A DNA stretch of 64,000 nt, taken from contig NC_045696.1 in assembly GCF_009834535.1 (NCBI RefSeq), positions 59,212,001-59,276,000 of the forward strand, given 5' to 3'. The first letter of the stretch is position 1; each line of letters starts with the position of its first letter. This document shows, piece by piece, positions 50,382 through 63,885 of the stretch. The DNA comes from Camelus ferus. Taxonomy: Eukaryota. The notes beneath the pieces are model-generated. The model had not been told where the DNA came from. It did no database searches and saw only the letters and a program-made list of their open reading frames with translations. A program made the translations under genes and the position numbers.

Positions 50382-51807
50382 GTAAGCTGGGCAGGGCGCG
50401 GGGGCCGGGGAGGGGGGCTGCTGCCCTGGACGCGGCGTCTTGGACAAGTTTGGGGAAGGAGGGCTGTTGCTGGGGTGTGCGTGTTGGGGGGCAGTCCCCC
50501 TCGTCGTCGGGGCTGGAGTTGCCGAGATTCTTGTTGTTATGGCAATACTGGTCGCGTTTGGGGGAGGAGTGGGGGCTGGGAGCTCGGCGCCCCTCGGCGT
50601 TCACCCCACTTGCAGGAGTCTGTGTTGGGGAGGCGGGAGGCGGTCCCCTCGGGCTGCCTTCTCCCGGAGCGCGGGGATGGGGCGATGTTGGATCACTTTG
50701 CAGCGTGCGGCTACCGGCGTCCCCCGCCCCTCCCTCGGCTCCCCCCTTCCCCCAGCCCCTGTCAGCCGGGCTCCGGCCGCCCTGCGCTGGCACCCTTTCT
50801 CGGGCCGGCGGCCCCGGGCTCTGCTGTGCAGAGGGGCAGCGGGGACCGGGAGTCGTGTAGGCTGCAGACTGACAGTCAGGAGCGGAGCGGACCGAGGACG
50901 GTCGTGCTTGGTGTGTGTGGGGAGCCAGCGCCTCAGACTTGAGAGGCAGACCTGGCTGGGAGGGCGGTGGGCGCCTGGGACCTCCTCCTTGTCCTCCTCT
51001 CCTCCAGTTTTGGGAACGGATGAGCTTTTTTTTTTTTTTAAATAAGAATCACTCATTCCTGGAAGTGTGAGTTAGCGTCCCCCTCATACACACCCACTGA
51101 ATCTTTGCTTGCCTGTGGTATGTGGAGCACCCCCCATATCTGTCTTTCCAGCTGTTCTCGGCTCCTGCCTCCTCCCAGACCCAGGTTCTAGAACTCCTCA
51201 TGTTCCTTGGCTACACAGTCCCTTTCCCAGAGCGGACACCGACCACCCTCATCTCCCACCACCTGTGGCCCTGTTTCACTGATGACCAGGGATTCTCTAT
51301 CTCCCCTTTACCTGTGGCTTTCACCAACTCGGTAGATAGAGCTCCCCATCTTCCATGTCTGGAACCATTTTGTCTGGAATTTTTGTCCCAAGGAATCCAG
51401 TAAGTTATGGGGACCCTGGGCATCTGCCCTCTTTCTGTGAGTTGGATCAGAGGACATGAACTGGTAGGGGTCGAGGACCAGGTTAGCTCTGAAGACTCCC
51501 AGCGCACCCATCTGCTTCCTAGCCTCATTGCCTTGTCCTGGAGGTCATCTAACGGAAGGGGTGGGGTGCTTTGTTGGGGAGACTTGTGGCTTTAGAAGTG
51601 ACGTCTTGGTTGGCCATATGTTCATTTTCTAATTGGTCTGAAGAGAAAAGAGCAGGAGGACAGAAAAGAAGCTGAAGCCAGGGCCTGGAGAAAGCAAAGG
51701 GAGCCCTTGTTATCCTATCCTGCTTCCCAGGGCTCAGCCTTGCTTCTCCCTCTTCCTTTTTCCCAGACGTGTGGTCCAATATACACCCTGCGCCCCCCAC
51801 CCCCAAA

Positions 51808-51933
<126 letters not shown>

Positions 51934-53102
51934 GCCTAGGAACCAAAGCATGGATTCTAAAGAGGTGCCTGCCCTGAGTTTATCACCTTAGTTTATAATC
52001 AAGGGGAGAGGTTCTGGGGGCTAAGAGATACCTGGAAACACTCACCAGCATGTCTTCCCTGACTCCCCCCCCCCCCCCCCACCTTGGCTCCCGTCTGGCA
52101 CAAAAGTCTCCCTTTTCTTAGCTCTGGGGAAAACTCTTGAAGTGTGAGCTTTCCCACCTTCCCTTTCTGGACCCACTTTCATCTTTTGGCCTCCACTCCT
52201 CCTCTCTCTTTCCTACCATCCGAACACTGATTCCTGTGCATTCTCTGTCCCAGGCCCTTGGAGCAGATCTCACTTTCTGGAGGCTTGCTAATTTCTGATA
52301 AATGAATTCACACAGTGTTAATGGTGTTAATAGCCTCTAATGGTCCAATGTGTTACTTTTCCCAGGGCCTTTCAAAACACATCGTGGGGCTTACATTGTC
52401 TAGCTCTGGCTCAAATCACAGAGTAAATAGCAGACTGGGTCTGTCTCCTGTGGAATCCTGTTGGGGATATTCTCCTTCCTCCTCAGGCAGCCTTGTTGGT
52501 GAGGGGGAGGCTAGGTCTGATGTGCACTTAAAATCAGAGAAGGGTGAAATCTTCAGTACATAAGGCTGGAAATGACTGATGACCTGTAATAAGTTGTAAG
52601 AGGGGGTGCAGGCTGCCTGTGGTAGGGTCTGGGACCACCACCCACCCTGAATGGCCTTCTGTGCTCTACTTCCTGAACTTACCCCCTTCTAGTCTCTAGC
52701 TTGGGCTCTTGCTGGGGATTCTTAAGCCTGGAAAAGCCCGTATTTCCTAACTGTCTCCCTTCGGATTCCCCATCTTTATGGAACACAACACTACACCTGG
52801 TAGGCTGGACAAATGATAAATTGATGTAGTTGAACAACTGAGAAAGCTTTGAACACATTTTCAAAGATGCTAGTGCCAGGATTACCCCCTACTATCTGGT
52901 GGAAAATTTTACACACACAAAGACCAGATTGGCAATTGCATTGTCAAAACCCTGGCATACTCTGCCTCTAATTAGGCATGTTTCGAATAATTCTGTCATT
53001 TTGGTTCCTTACTTATCCTCTTCTGATTATTTTGGTATTTCAGATCTTTTGACCACTGATTAAGCTGGATTCCCTAAATCTTGCTTCCCCTGCATGCACA
53101 TG

Positions 53103-53148
53103 GACAGACAGACAGACAGACAGACACACACACACACACACACACACA
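53103..53148. repeat. (GACA)n(CA)n microsatellite
   Basis: Directly visible. Confidence 0.95.
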
Positions 53149-56100
53149 CCCCAGACCATTATTTTTATAGATGTATCGTCTTGGAATTTTCTGGTCCAAG
53201 CCTGAGGAAGTGTGTCACAATAATTTTATTGATTATGGTTATGAGGCAGAGAAGGGGAAATATGGGAACCCAGAACTGGGACTAGAAATCAGTTGGAGTA
53301 GAAAACCAACCAGGACTTTTCAGTTCCTACTAGGAGCCTTCTGCTGTCCAGGGTGCTGTGGGATACAAAAGAAATATTCAAAGTCGTCTCTACCCGTGAA
53401 GAACTTTTAAAAGAGGATTTACAATTACTGCTCAATTATAGATTAATTAATTGCTGAACATTACGGTGCTATAAGATAAAAAGTTGGCAGAACTACAGAG
53501 GGTAGAACTGACAATAGCCCTTGAAGGGGAGATGGAGGTTGGGAGGAGAAGCGTAGGCAAAAGCCCAGGGAGGTAGAGGCATTGACTTTGAGTATCCCCA
53601 GGGGATGGAGGGTGAGGTGTAGGGTAGGGAGGAATGGGAAACTGGGTTGGGAGAGTAGGGCAAGGCCAGATAGGGAGAATCTTGGAAGCCTAAGAGATGA
53701 GTTTAGATTTGATTCAGGATTGGTAGGGAGTCATTTTAGGTTCTTGAGCAAGGGCACATCCTGAAGAAAGTGGTAGTTGGAAAGGTTAATCTGGGGGTCA
53801 TATGACAGGTGAAGTGGAGAAGAGAGAAAGAATCCAGGGAGATGCAAAAGTGATCCAGAACTGATGGCAAGGGGCTTGGTCTGGGTTGATGGCAGAAAGA
53901 GGAAGTCAGGGACCACTCTGGGAGACTTTTCAAAGGCAGAAATGTGGGAGTTTGTTGACAAACTAGTTGTAGGGGGGAAAGAAAATTATGCTCGGAAGGA
54001 CACGGGAATAGCTGGGTTGAAAGCATAGATGACCAAGTGTCCTGAATGACGCACTCTGGTTTAAGACAGGAGCTGGTTTTGCAGCGCAGATAATGCTGTT
54101 AGCTTTGGACATGGAAAATTAGAAGTGATTGAGGAGCATCCAGGTGGAAGTGTTTTGCAGGTGATGTGGGACTTAGGAACACAGGCAGGGGGTGAGGGCT
54201 TGTGGTGAGGGCTTGGAAACCATCTGTAGCAAGGCTGGCTACAGCTGAAGTTTTGTGAACGCTTCAGTTCTCAGAGGGAGGGGGTGAAGGAAAGAGGAAA
54301 GGGCTAAAGTTAGACATTGGGGGAGAACCCTTATCTAGGAAGTGGCAGCAAAGGAGACTTGATCTCGGAGACCCCGGGGAGTTGGTGTGGGTTCTGATGT
54401 GATGACAGGCTGCAGACAGGTTGAACAGGAGGAGACTGGCTAAGTGTCACTGAATGTGATAAAAAGAAGGCCACCTGTGAGGTCTTGGAGCACATTATTT
54501 GAAGATGCATTCAGAGTAGGAACTTGGGGTGGTGGGTAGACACTGTTTACTTGCAGAATTTACCAGTGAAAGGAAAAAGAGATAGGGAGCTAGTCAGAAG
54601 GGATGTTAGTATCAAGAAAAGGAGTTTTTATTTTTTTGTCAAAGAGTCAGAGCAGGTTTGGAAGTGGAAGGGACAGAGCCTGTGGGCAGGGAGGACTAAG
54701 ATGCAAGATTGATGGTTGAGTTAGATAGTTGCAGAGGTGGGACAAGAGCAGGTTCACTAAAAGAAGTAAATGCGTGGCTTTGATGAGTGGAGGAGAAGCC
54801 TCTTTCTTTAAAACTCAAAGGAAAAAAATGAAGGCGAAGTTTAATGAGACTGTTGTGGAAGTATCTTCTACCTCTGTCTTTCTGTTGAGCATTCAGAGTA
54901 GGAACTTGGGGTGGTCCTGTGAGTCTATAGACATCTCTAACTGGAGTGTTGGCTGTTACCTGAATTTTGGTCCTCCTCAAACTCAATTCTGCCTTTTCAA
55001 GTCCCTAAACCAGCCTCTCCTCTTGCCTTCCTTAATTCTGTAAGTGGCATCTTCCCTCTCCTAGTCGTGATATTTAAAACCTTGGTATTGTCTCCGAGGA
55101 ATCTCTCTCTTCTAACAAACCTGACTGAATTATCTTTCATAGTTAGCTCATGGTATTCATCCACAGGGCCTCTGGCCTTGGCCAGGAGACCCAGCATGTG
55201 GCCCATGGACCCCTTTAGTGGCCTTCATTCTTGGTCCTGGGATCCTGCTCTCTCATGCCCACTCCAAATTGGCATTTGCAGACAGATCGCACTTTGTAGA
55301 TTGTACTAATTTAATTGCACCTGGTTTATGAACCTACAGTGACTCCCTCCTTCAGGGTCAAGTCTGTACTTCACACAGACTCCAGCCAGGCTGCTCTTCT
55401 CACCAGCCAAGGGTGCTTTGACTCATGTTCTACTCCTGCACCCCCACTCTACGAATGCAACTCATTCTCCAAGGTGTGAGCCCCACATTCTTCTGGAAGC
55501 TTTCATAGCTCACCAGACCAGCTCTCTCCTCTGAATTGCTGAAACACTCACTTGTCTACACTCATTTTCTCACTTCAGCAGAGGTATTGTTTTTAGCCCT
55601 TTCATACAATGAAGTTATTTGTTCTTTAAGAGATCTTTTAAAAAGCTTGTGATTCGTCAAAGCCAAACCAAAACAAACCATCTCCCCCCAGTATAGATAA
55701 AGCAAACATGGCAAAATATAAGCAGTTGCTGAATCTAGGTGGTGATATATCGGTATTCACTGTACAGTTCTTTAAACTTTTCTCTCAGATGACAACCCCA
55801 TTCCACCCATACAGGGACCTGGACATTATCAGGTCTAGACCATAGAGAAGGGAGATTTTGAGGTGACAACCTATGTTGGTGTACAGTTCTTTGGGTAACA
55901 ATCCCCACTCTGTCTGTGCATTGCCAGGCACCTAAAAAGAGAAGGGTCTCTTGCCTCCTGAGCTCTCTTTTGCAGCAAAGGAAAACACCACTTTTTGATG
56001 TTGTGCTTAATGCTCCAGGATGTAAACATGGTGCTTAAGTCAGTGTTTACCTTTCTTTCTTGATTCTCCTCTACTTCCCCCATTATGATTTGGGCTTTTG

Positions 56101-56569
56101 GTCACATCATCTTCCAGGAACTTCTTGGGGAGTATTGAGAGGACTTTGTTGTTCTGAAGAGGGAATGCTGTTAATATTTCTAATATTGCATTTATTTGGC
56201 TATTTCTACCTTAAGTACTTTAGAACATATCAGTGACATCCAGGTGCACCTTCATAAGATTTGGGAGGCTTTCCTTTATCCTTGGGTCACCAGTCATCAA
56301 TAACTCAATTACTAGCACATTCTGTCCAACTATATTTGATAATCCTTTGGGGAATGGAAGCGGTATTGGAATAAACTGAAGCTACGGAAAGAAATTAAGT
56401 GAGATGTAAAAAAAATATATTCCTGACTGTCGATATCAATAAAACCTGAGAACGGATGGACTAGAGGTCCTTTTTAGATGTTGGAGAATGAACGCTTTTA
56501 CTTCTCCAAGTTCTTTCTGGTTTAGAACTTGGTAATTTATTTCTGACGGTAGGCAGTATGGTATAGTCT

Positions 56570-56780
56570 AGTGGTCTTAACTGGAGGCAGTTTTGTCCTC
56601 CAGGAAATATTTGGCAATGTCTGGAGAATTTTTTTGGTTGTCACAGCTCAGGGAAGGGGGTTGGTGCTGGCATCTAGTGCACAGAGGTCTAGGGTGCTTC
56701 TAAGCATCTTATAATGCACAAGACAGTAAAGAATTATCCAGCCCCCAAATGTTGGTGGTCTGAGGCTAAGAAATCCTGGT
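56570..56780. mobile_element. MER20 hAT element inserted in a MIR
   Basis: ATTTGGCAATGTCTGGAGA..TGCTGGCATCTAGTG..AAGAATTATCCAGCCCC; MIR sequence lies on both sides. Confidence 0.8.
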
Positions 56781-58499
56781 ATAGCCAGAAGATCATGGGC
56801 TTTGGGTCAGACAGGCTCAGTAATAATCAGGGGCAGAATCTTGGGTAAATTATTTAATCTCTGTCATCCTCAGTCTTCTGCAAAGTGGGACCAAGAATGC
56901 TTGTTTCACAGGTTGAGAGGATTAAATAGGAAGAAAAAGGTGTAAAAAATATCTAGTGGTTTCTGACACACATTAGGAGCACAAGAAATCTTGGCTGTTC
57001 CTGTTGTGTTCATTTTTACCTGAATGCGATGGCACAGAGGCTGAGGGAATCTCCGAAGGGTAGTGCAGGGCTTTTGACGAGGAGTGGGAGAGGGCGCTGG
57101 AGAGGCATCACGTCGGAGTGCAGGAGCCTGGGTGGAATCAGAAGGCGAGGGTTTGGGCCTCAGCTCTTTTCCATTCTTTCATTTAATCATTTGTTTGACA
57201 AATATTTATTGAGTGCCTAGTGCAGCCGTGTACTCTGCTATGGGAGTGTATAAAATCATTGCAAGAAAGACTACAGAGCAGGAATATAATTACTATACCC
57301 CCCTCAGGGAGCACTTGGATTTAAGCGGGGAAGGAAGGGAGAAAAAGCCTGTGAAAGAGGCAGAGAAGATCACGCAAGGGAGCAAGAGGTGAACCCCCAC
57401 CTTTGCTCTCTACTTATCTGAACGACTTGGGCAAATGAGTAACATCTGTGTAAGATGAGGATAACCTCCCCCGCTCCAAACACACACACTCCCCAGTTCC
57501 CTTACCAGGCTGTTGAGAGACTCAAATAAGATACTGAATGTGAAAGGTCTTTGTAAGTTGTACCATTCTATCCAAATATGTATAGATAGTTCCTTCCATA
57601 TTGAACATTCTATTACTCTAAGTACCTCTTCTGACAAATATTATCTTGTTTAATCTGACCTCCATGGGACCTTTTCCAATCCTTCTCAATTTGGTTTCCC
57701 AAGGGGACTGGATGAGGCACCCTCCTTACAATAGATCAGGGCACTCTTGTTCTCTCCTCTTCCACAAAGGTGTAAAAATGCCAGCCCCCCAGGCCCTGGG
57801 CCACGTGTCCCCATGCCATCTGGAGGAGACCAGTGAGGATGGAGTTCTTGCTTCCGCTGAGCCTCAGGTGGGTACAGAGAACCAGTCCCTTCCTTCCTCT
57901 CTGCCTGCGTGCAGTTTAGACTTCTTCTGCCTCTCCTTTGAGTGTGAATGACTGGCAGCAGAATAACTAGGAAATGATTGGCAGCCATAGAGTTGTTGGA
58001 TCAATAGAGCTGCTTGAAATCGTGTCTGCCGAAGAGTGAAGGAACAGAAAGAATTAGCTGAGAGGACAGAGGAATTAATTCAGGGAGGTAAAGAAGAAAC
58101 TGTTGGAGAATTAGCATCATCTCCTCCCCTTCTGTCCCATAGTATTATTAGAAGGGAGCTAGAAGTTAGCTAGAAAACAGATAACGAGACATAGACAAGT
58201 AGGAGAGTGAAAAGTGACAAATGAATTGTTCTCAAGGAAGCCGTTCCTTCTTGAGCTGAGACTTGAAGGGTGGGTAAGATTTGGATGGGGAAGACAGAAA
58301 GTGTTGGAACAGTGTTAGAAAAATGTGCGACCATCCATGGCATATATAGAGCAGTAAGTGGTCCAGTTTATGTGGCTTAGAGGATGCAGGTGGAGGATCA
58401 ATGGGAGATAAAACTCAGAAGGGGATGGGGACCAAGTTGATTGCTTCATTTATCAAACATTTATTGGACTTCTCGATAATATAGGGCTTTAAATGGCAG

Positions 58500-59700
58500 G
58501 CCAAAGAGTTTGGCCTTTCTGCAGTTTGCTTTCAGGAGCCACTAAACATTTCTGAATGGGGTGGTGACACGATCAGGAAGATAAATCTGGCAGCCCTGCA
58601 GAGGGTGGATTGCAAGGGGGGAGGAACTGCTGGCCAGGGCTGGACTGGAAGACGACTTGATAGGTTAGGAGCGTCTGAACTTGGGATGCCACAGTGGAAA
58701 TAGGGAGGAGGGGGTGGATGTGAGGGAGCGTGTGGAATGTAGAGTCTGTAGGACTTTGTAAGTTGGATGGAGAGGTGTTAAGGAAGAGGCAGGACTCAAA
58801 GATTGCTCCAAAGCTTAGAGCCTGGGTGAGGATGGAAGTACCATAAATGAAAATCGGGAGTTAAGGAAGAGGAGGAGAGGCTGTGGGGAGGCAGGAGGAA
58901 AGAAAGGATTTGGGAATTTACTTTGGGGACATGTTGCTTTTCAGGTGTCAGTGAAATAGCTTAAGGAGGTGTTGATTCAGTAGGTGGATAATGAAGGGAG
59001 TCTGGTGCTTTGGAGGGAGGCCAGAGACGAAAATATAGATTTGGGAGATATCCATAAGAAGTTGTGGCTGGAGCTATCAGAATAGATGAGATAATAAATG
59101 AAATGCATACACAGACTTAAGGGCAGAGGGCCAAGGACAGAGCTGTAGACTCCAGTGAAGGGCTGGAGGGGAACCAGGAGAGAGCAGGGCTGGGAAGCGG
59201 TCGGATCATCAGCAGAGACTGTGCTGCAGAGAGACTGAGGGAGAAGGGGGCTGAGCACACCTCTGGGTTCTGGAAATTGGGAGATCACTGGTAACCTTTG
59301 AAATAACAGTTTGAATTGTGTATGGGAGGTGGAATTCGAATTTCAAGGGGAATAGGGAGTGAGTGGATGGGGAGGAAGTGGTGGGAGTGCATATAGATGA
59401 CTCTTTGGAAAGGTTTGGCTGTGAAGGAAAGGTTAAAAATAGTAAGGTAGTTGGAGATGGGTAGCAGAGTTGAGGGGAGGCTTTTTTTAGGTAGAGAAGA
59501 TATGTGAATACCTAGGGGTGGGTAGGAGGGAGAAGGCAGGCAAGGGGAAGGGAATGAATATTTAGAAAAGAGAGGAGCAATTGGAGGAGGAAGATCCTGG
59601 ATAAGCCTGTAGGGGTGGATCTCAAGGTTAGCTTAGGGGTGAGCCTTGGGCTAGAGGAGGAGACTGGGGGAAGGCAGACTTCAGTAAAGTTTGGCTGAGG
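58500..59700 (+). mobile_element. L2 LINE relic (related purine-rich L2 also at about 53330-54700)
   Basis: TTTGGGGACATGTTG.., AAATATAGATTTGGGAG, GATCACTGGTAACCTTTGA motifs typical of L2. Confidence 0.6.
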
Positions 59701-60776
59701 GCATAATGTGCTGATCAACAGCCCCAGCAGAGAGAGCGTCACCTGGCTTGAAGACTCAGGGGCTTGTGGTACCATGCTTGGGGAGGGTAGTGCAAGCTGA
59801 GGCCAGCTGTGAAATGGGTGAGCTGGGTTGGTGTGGCTCTGAAAGGCTTCTTTGGCAGAGAAGCTAGAAAGCAAGGCTGGGAGGTCCCAAAATAGCAATC
59901 TTTTTATAAGTGCTGGTGGCTTCTTTTTGCAGGCTGAGGTGGGATTTGCTCCAGGCTATAGTGGGGTCTACAGAATCACTTCCTACAGAGTGTGAGTCAG
60001 AAAAGCAAGTTGAGGGGTAGGTGGAGGGTGAGTGAGGATAGGACAGAAGGAGGACTCAGGCAGGAAGGTGTCAGGGCAGCCTCCTGAGAAGGGGTCCATG
60101 CCTGGCCACTGGGTGCTGTCTCCTGTCAGGGATGGACCTGCTCTTGAATTTCCAGTTTCTTTAATGCCTCTAGAAGTTCTAAAAGAAAGAGGAAGCGGAG
60201 TAGGGGTCTTGGAAGAACCTCTTGCCCATTTTTCTCCATGAAGAGGAACCCTTCATACCAGAGGGAAGATGCCAATGAGTACACTCATTCCTTTGTCCCC
60301 AAAGGGGCAAACCCAAGGACTGTCGTCAAGTGAGGAGTCTTACGTGGCCCTCTAGGGGGATGGGGAGTAGGAATCTAGGGGCTACTATTACCACAAGGTG
60401 GGCTTTAGGGGACTGGGTTTATATTTCCTGGAGTAGGAGGAGGTGGGAGTTTCCTGAGGTATGGCTCAGTTCCAGAATCATGGAGTCTTAGAACAGGAAC
60501 TTACTGGCCATGTGACCTTGTGCAAGGTACAGCCTCTTTGAGCTTCAGTTTTCTCATGTCTAAAATGGGTAAAAAAAAAATCCTTACTTATCAGGATTGC
60601 TTGATGTTTGTAGATACATATTGTGATAGTTACATTCACGTTATAAATAGTAATAGAAATGGGATTATATTACTAGTAATAGAATAGTCATATTCTATTA
60701 CTAGTATAACTGTATTACATATATAATCATATTACTAGTTGCATTTTACAAATTATGAAAATTATGCTTCAGTAGT

Positions 60777-60899
60777 TTCCTTCTTCCTCTCCCCTCCTCT
60801 GTGATGCCCTCCCCATCTTCCCTTCCTTCCTTCCTTCCTCCCTCCCTCCCCTCCTCTCCATCTTCTCTCCCTCCCTCCCTTCCTCCCTCCCTTCCTTCT
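60777..60899. repeat. Polypyrimidine/polypurine (CCTT/CCCT) low-complexity tract
   Basis: Directly visible near-pure pyrimidine strand. Confidence 0.9.
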
Positions 60900-63742
60900 G
60901 CATAGATAGGTAGGGGTATTATTTCTAAGCTTTCAGTTACAGTTATTCCAGAGCATGGCAGGCAGAGACTGGGAATGTGTCTAAACCCCCTGCCTTTTAC
61001 ACTCTTACCCTGCAGCCCAGGGACAATGGCCATCTATGGGGAATGGGGGTGGGGAACACAGGATTCAGTTGGCAGCTGGACAGTGGGCCTAGAGGGAGAC
61101 CCAGGAGACTGGCAGATGGTTAATTGGATGTGACAAAAGGGGGCAGGGAGGAGGGGTCTGGGGCTCCTGGGGGATTCCTGTCTCTGACTTCTTACTGTCC
61201 TGGAAAGGAGATTGTGGGGAAAGGGAGGAGTATCTCTGGGAGCAGTTGGGGAAGAAGATTGGCAGGATTCCATGCTGGGTATGTGGCCTTGGAAGGACAG
61301 AATGCCATTAAGAATGATGCCTCAGCTTTAATTTGTGGGGGAGGTGCAAGATATTGTCTCTTCTCTGTACCCCAGTCCATTGGCACATAACAGGCTCAAA
61401 TTCTTGGATATAAAAAGAATGCTTAACCAACTATTGGAACAGTGTAATTTTCTAGTCATTCTTCATGATCCTAACCACTGAATTTGACAGCTAAATATTG
61501 TGATTACTTTTGATGAGAACTGGACAAAGTCTGATCAGTTTCGGTAGGGCACTAGATTTCAGTGAGTGGATCTCTTCATTTATTCTTGCATTCATTCATT
61601 CGAGTGTCAAACACCAGCTGTGCACCTAATAAGTGCCAGGCACTGGGGCTACAAAAACAAGTTAGAAATCAAATCATCTTTCCCACATGGAGGGTAATGG
61701 TCTAGTGGGGTTGTCTGACACATAAACAAATGATTGCAAGGTAGTACAAGTGCCATAAAGAGGACTGCAGGCTGAACATTGAGAACATAGGGGAAGCATC
61801 AACAACCTCCCCGGATGGGTGTGGGGAGGATTCACTGAAGAGGGGATGCTTATGCCGAGCTAGATCAGGAGGTAGTGAAAATCAAGATGGACCACTGTTC
61901 AAGAAGCTTGGCAGTAAAAGTAAGGAGAATAATAAAATGACAATTGAAGAGGTATTTTTCTAAGTAATCTTCTGTTCTTTGATCATAGGTGTGATCTGTT
62001 TGTGAGCTTTCAGTGAGCTGTAGGCTTACGTGCAATTTTATACATGCAAATGATACTTCAATAAAAATTTTTAAAGGTTATCAAGTCCAGTGAAGTTTTT
62101 TTTTTTTTTCAAGAGAGAAAAATCTTTGAATGTTTGAAAAAATCATGAGAGGAGACAGTGATAGCTGCTGAAAGTGATAGAAAGTGGTACATATGTCGGT
62201 AGGGTACTAGGGTGGGCACTAGATTCCTCAAAAGTCAGAAAAGGATGAGATTCCCAGGCAAAGAGGTTACCTCTGGGATGGAGAGACACTTTTCCTCTAT
62301 GGCTATGGGAAAAGACCAGGTGGTTTTCAGGTCAAGTGTACAGGTCAGATGTTAGAGCTCTTATTAAGCTTATTAAGAAGACTGACCTCAGTTTTCTCTG
62401 TGAATGGGAGCCACGGTCATCTGAAGAACTGAGAAGGTGCTGAGAGCCTGTGAAGAAAGGGGATGGATTGGATCCATTCTCTGAAGAGTGAGTGAGAATT
62501 GCATTAAAGAATGACCTGTCCATTTGAGTTCAGAATGGGCCAGGTGTGCAGACTTCTGCATTTTGCTCAGCCCTGGAGTCTCTGGAGTAGAGGTGAAAAC
62601 AGGACTCTTGAGTCCTTGGGTAGTGACTTGGACAAGAGATGTCCAAGGTGGTGGACAGACTTGTTTGGACACTAGTCTCTTTCCAGAACCTTACTGAACA
62701 TTGATGACTCCAAAGACTTTTGGAAGCCCTACCTTAGAAAATGGTCATGTCTGGTTTTCCCAAGTAGGCTGTACTCATCTTTTGTTTTGGACTTGTCTGT
62801 CTTCTTCCCAATATCCAATTCAATGCCTTGCAGATAATACTTGCTTGATTAGAATTTGTTGACTTAATTTTTTTTAAAAGAGCTGTTTATTGGTATGTAG
62901 GTCATTTGGGAGTTTTATAATGAATTGTTGTGCTACGGAAATGAATCTTTTTTGTGGACAAGCAATTCTACCTTAAACAAAAAGACCTATGAGATAAATA
63001 TTTACTGTGGAATATAATGAACAATTCTTGTTGACTCTGGATTAATTAGAGGGGACCTTTTATTGCTTGCTTACAAATGTTCGTATATTTCATAGGCACT
63101 GGAAAACTAAAGAAGCATATAGGGAAGTTCAAACATACAGATGGACCAACTGATCGATACTGACTGAGTGTCTGCCGTGTGCCCAGTATTATGCCGGGTC
63201 CAGATACTAAGGGGGCTGCTAAAGATTGGTAACAAATGGTCCTTGTCCCTGAAGAGTTTATGGTCTTGTTTGGTTGTGGGGAGACTGATACAGGAAAAAA
63301 TGGCTAACTGGAGGTCATTCAGAAAGGGAATTTCACTCATTCTTTGATTCATTTAATATGTATGTATTGTCTATAAGGTAAAAGATAATTTAAGTAGTAA
63401 ATAAGGTTTCATTTAGAGAAATTTGATTTTCAGTATACTTTCATAAAACATTTATTTTTTTGTCCTAAAGTTATTTTTTATTATAAAAATAACGCTGGCT
63501 CACTATAGAGCATTTGGAAAATGAGATGAAGTATAAAGGATAGAAACACCACTGTAATCCCATCATCCAGAGAGAACCCCTGTTTGTTAATTTGAGAGCT
63601 TCTGGTCTTGTTTCCTGTGTGTGTACTCTTTCCCTTGATCCAGGTTTGCTTTTTGATCACTGAATTAAATTAAAAAACAAATGGGAGGCCAGACATTTTC
63701 CTAAATGAAGTCATTTTTCCCTAATTAGTTGAAATGTATGAA

Positions 63743-63885
63743 GGGGAGAGTATAGCTCAGTGGTAGAGCATATGCTTGCTACCACTAGTATGGTAGCATG
63801 TACAAGGTCCTGAGTTCAATCCCCAGTACCTCCATTAAAAATAAACAGATAATAAACCTAATTACACCCCCCAAAATAAAAAAAA
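63743..63885 (+). mobile_element. tRNA-derived SINE (camelid type) with an internal hairpin insertion
   Basis: GGGGAGAGTATAGCTCAGTGGTAGAGC..GAGTTCAATCCCCAGTACCTCC and an A-rich tail; same family as 345-462. Confidence 0.85.

Larger units (their letters stand above)
49330..50960 (+). promoter_or_regulatory. KALRN: CpG island: KALRN promoter, 5' UTR and start of intron 1
   Basis: Very GC- and CpG-rich, with GC boxes (GGGGCGGGG, CCCCGCCCC) and a GA/GAGC-rich tract at about 49810-49925; it surrounds the KALRN first exon. Confidence 0.9.

Noticed and set aside
49146..51056. Many long overlapping ORFs (up to 326 aa) on both strands
   Set aside because: Stop-codon scarcity in a GC-rich island gives low-complexity P/G/R/A products; only 50309-50381 is recognisable and properly spliced.
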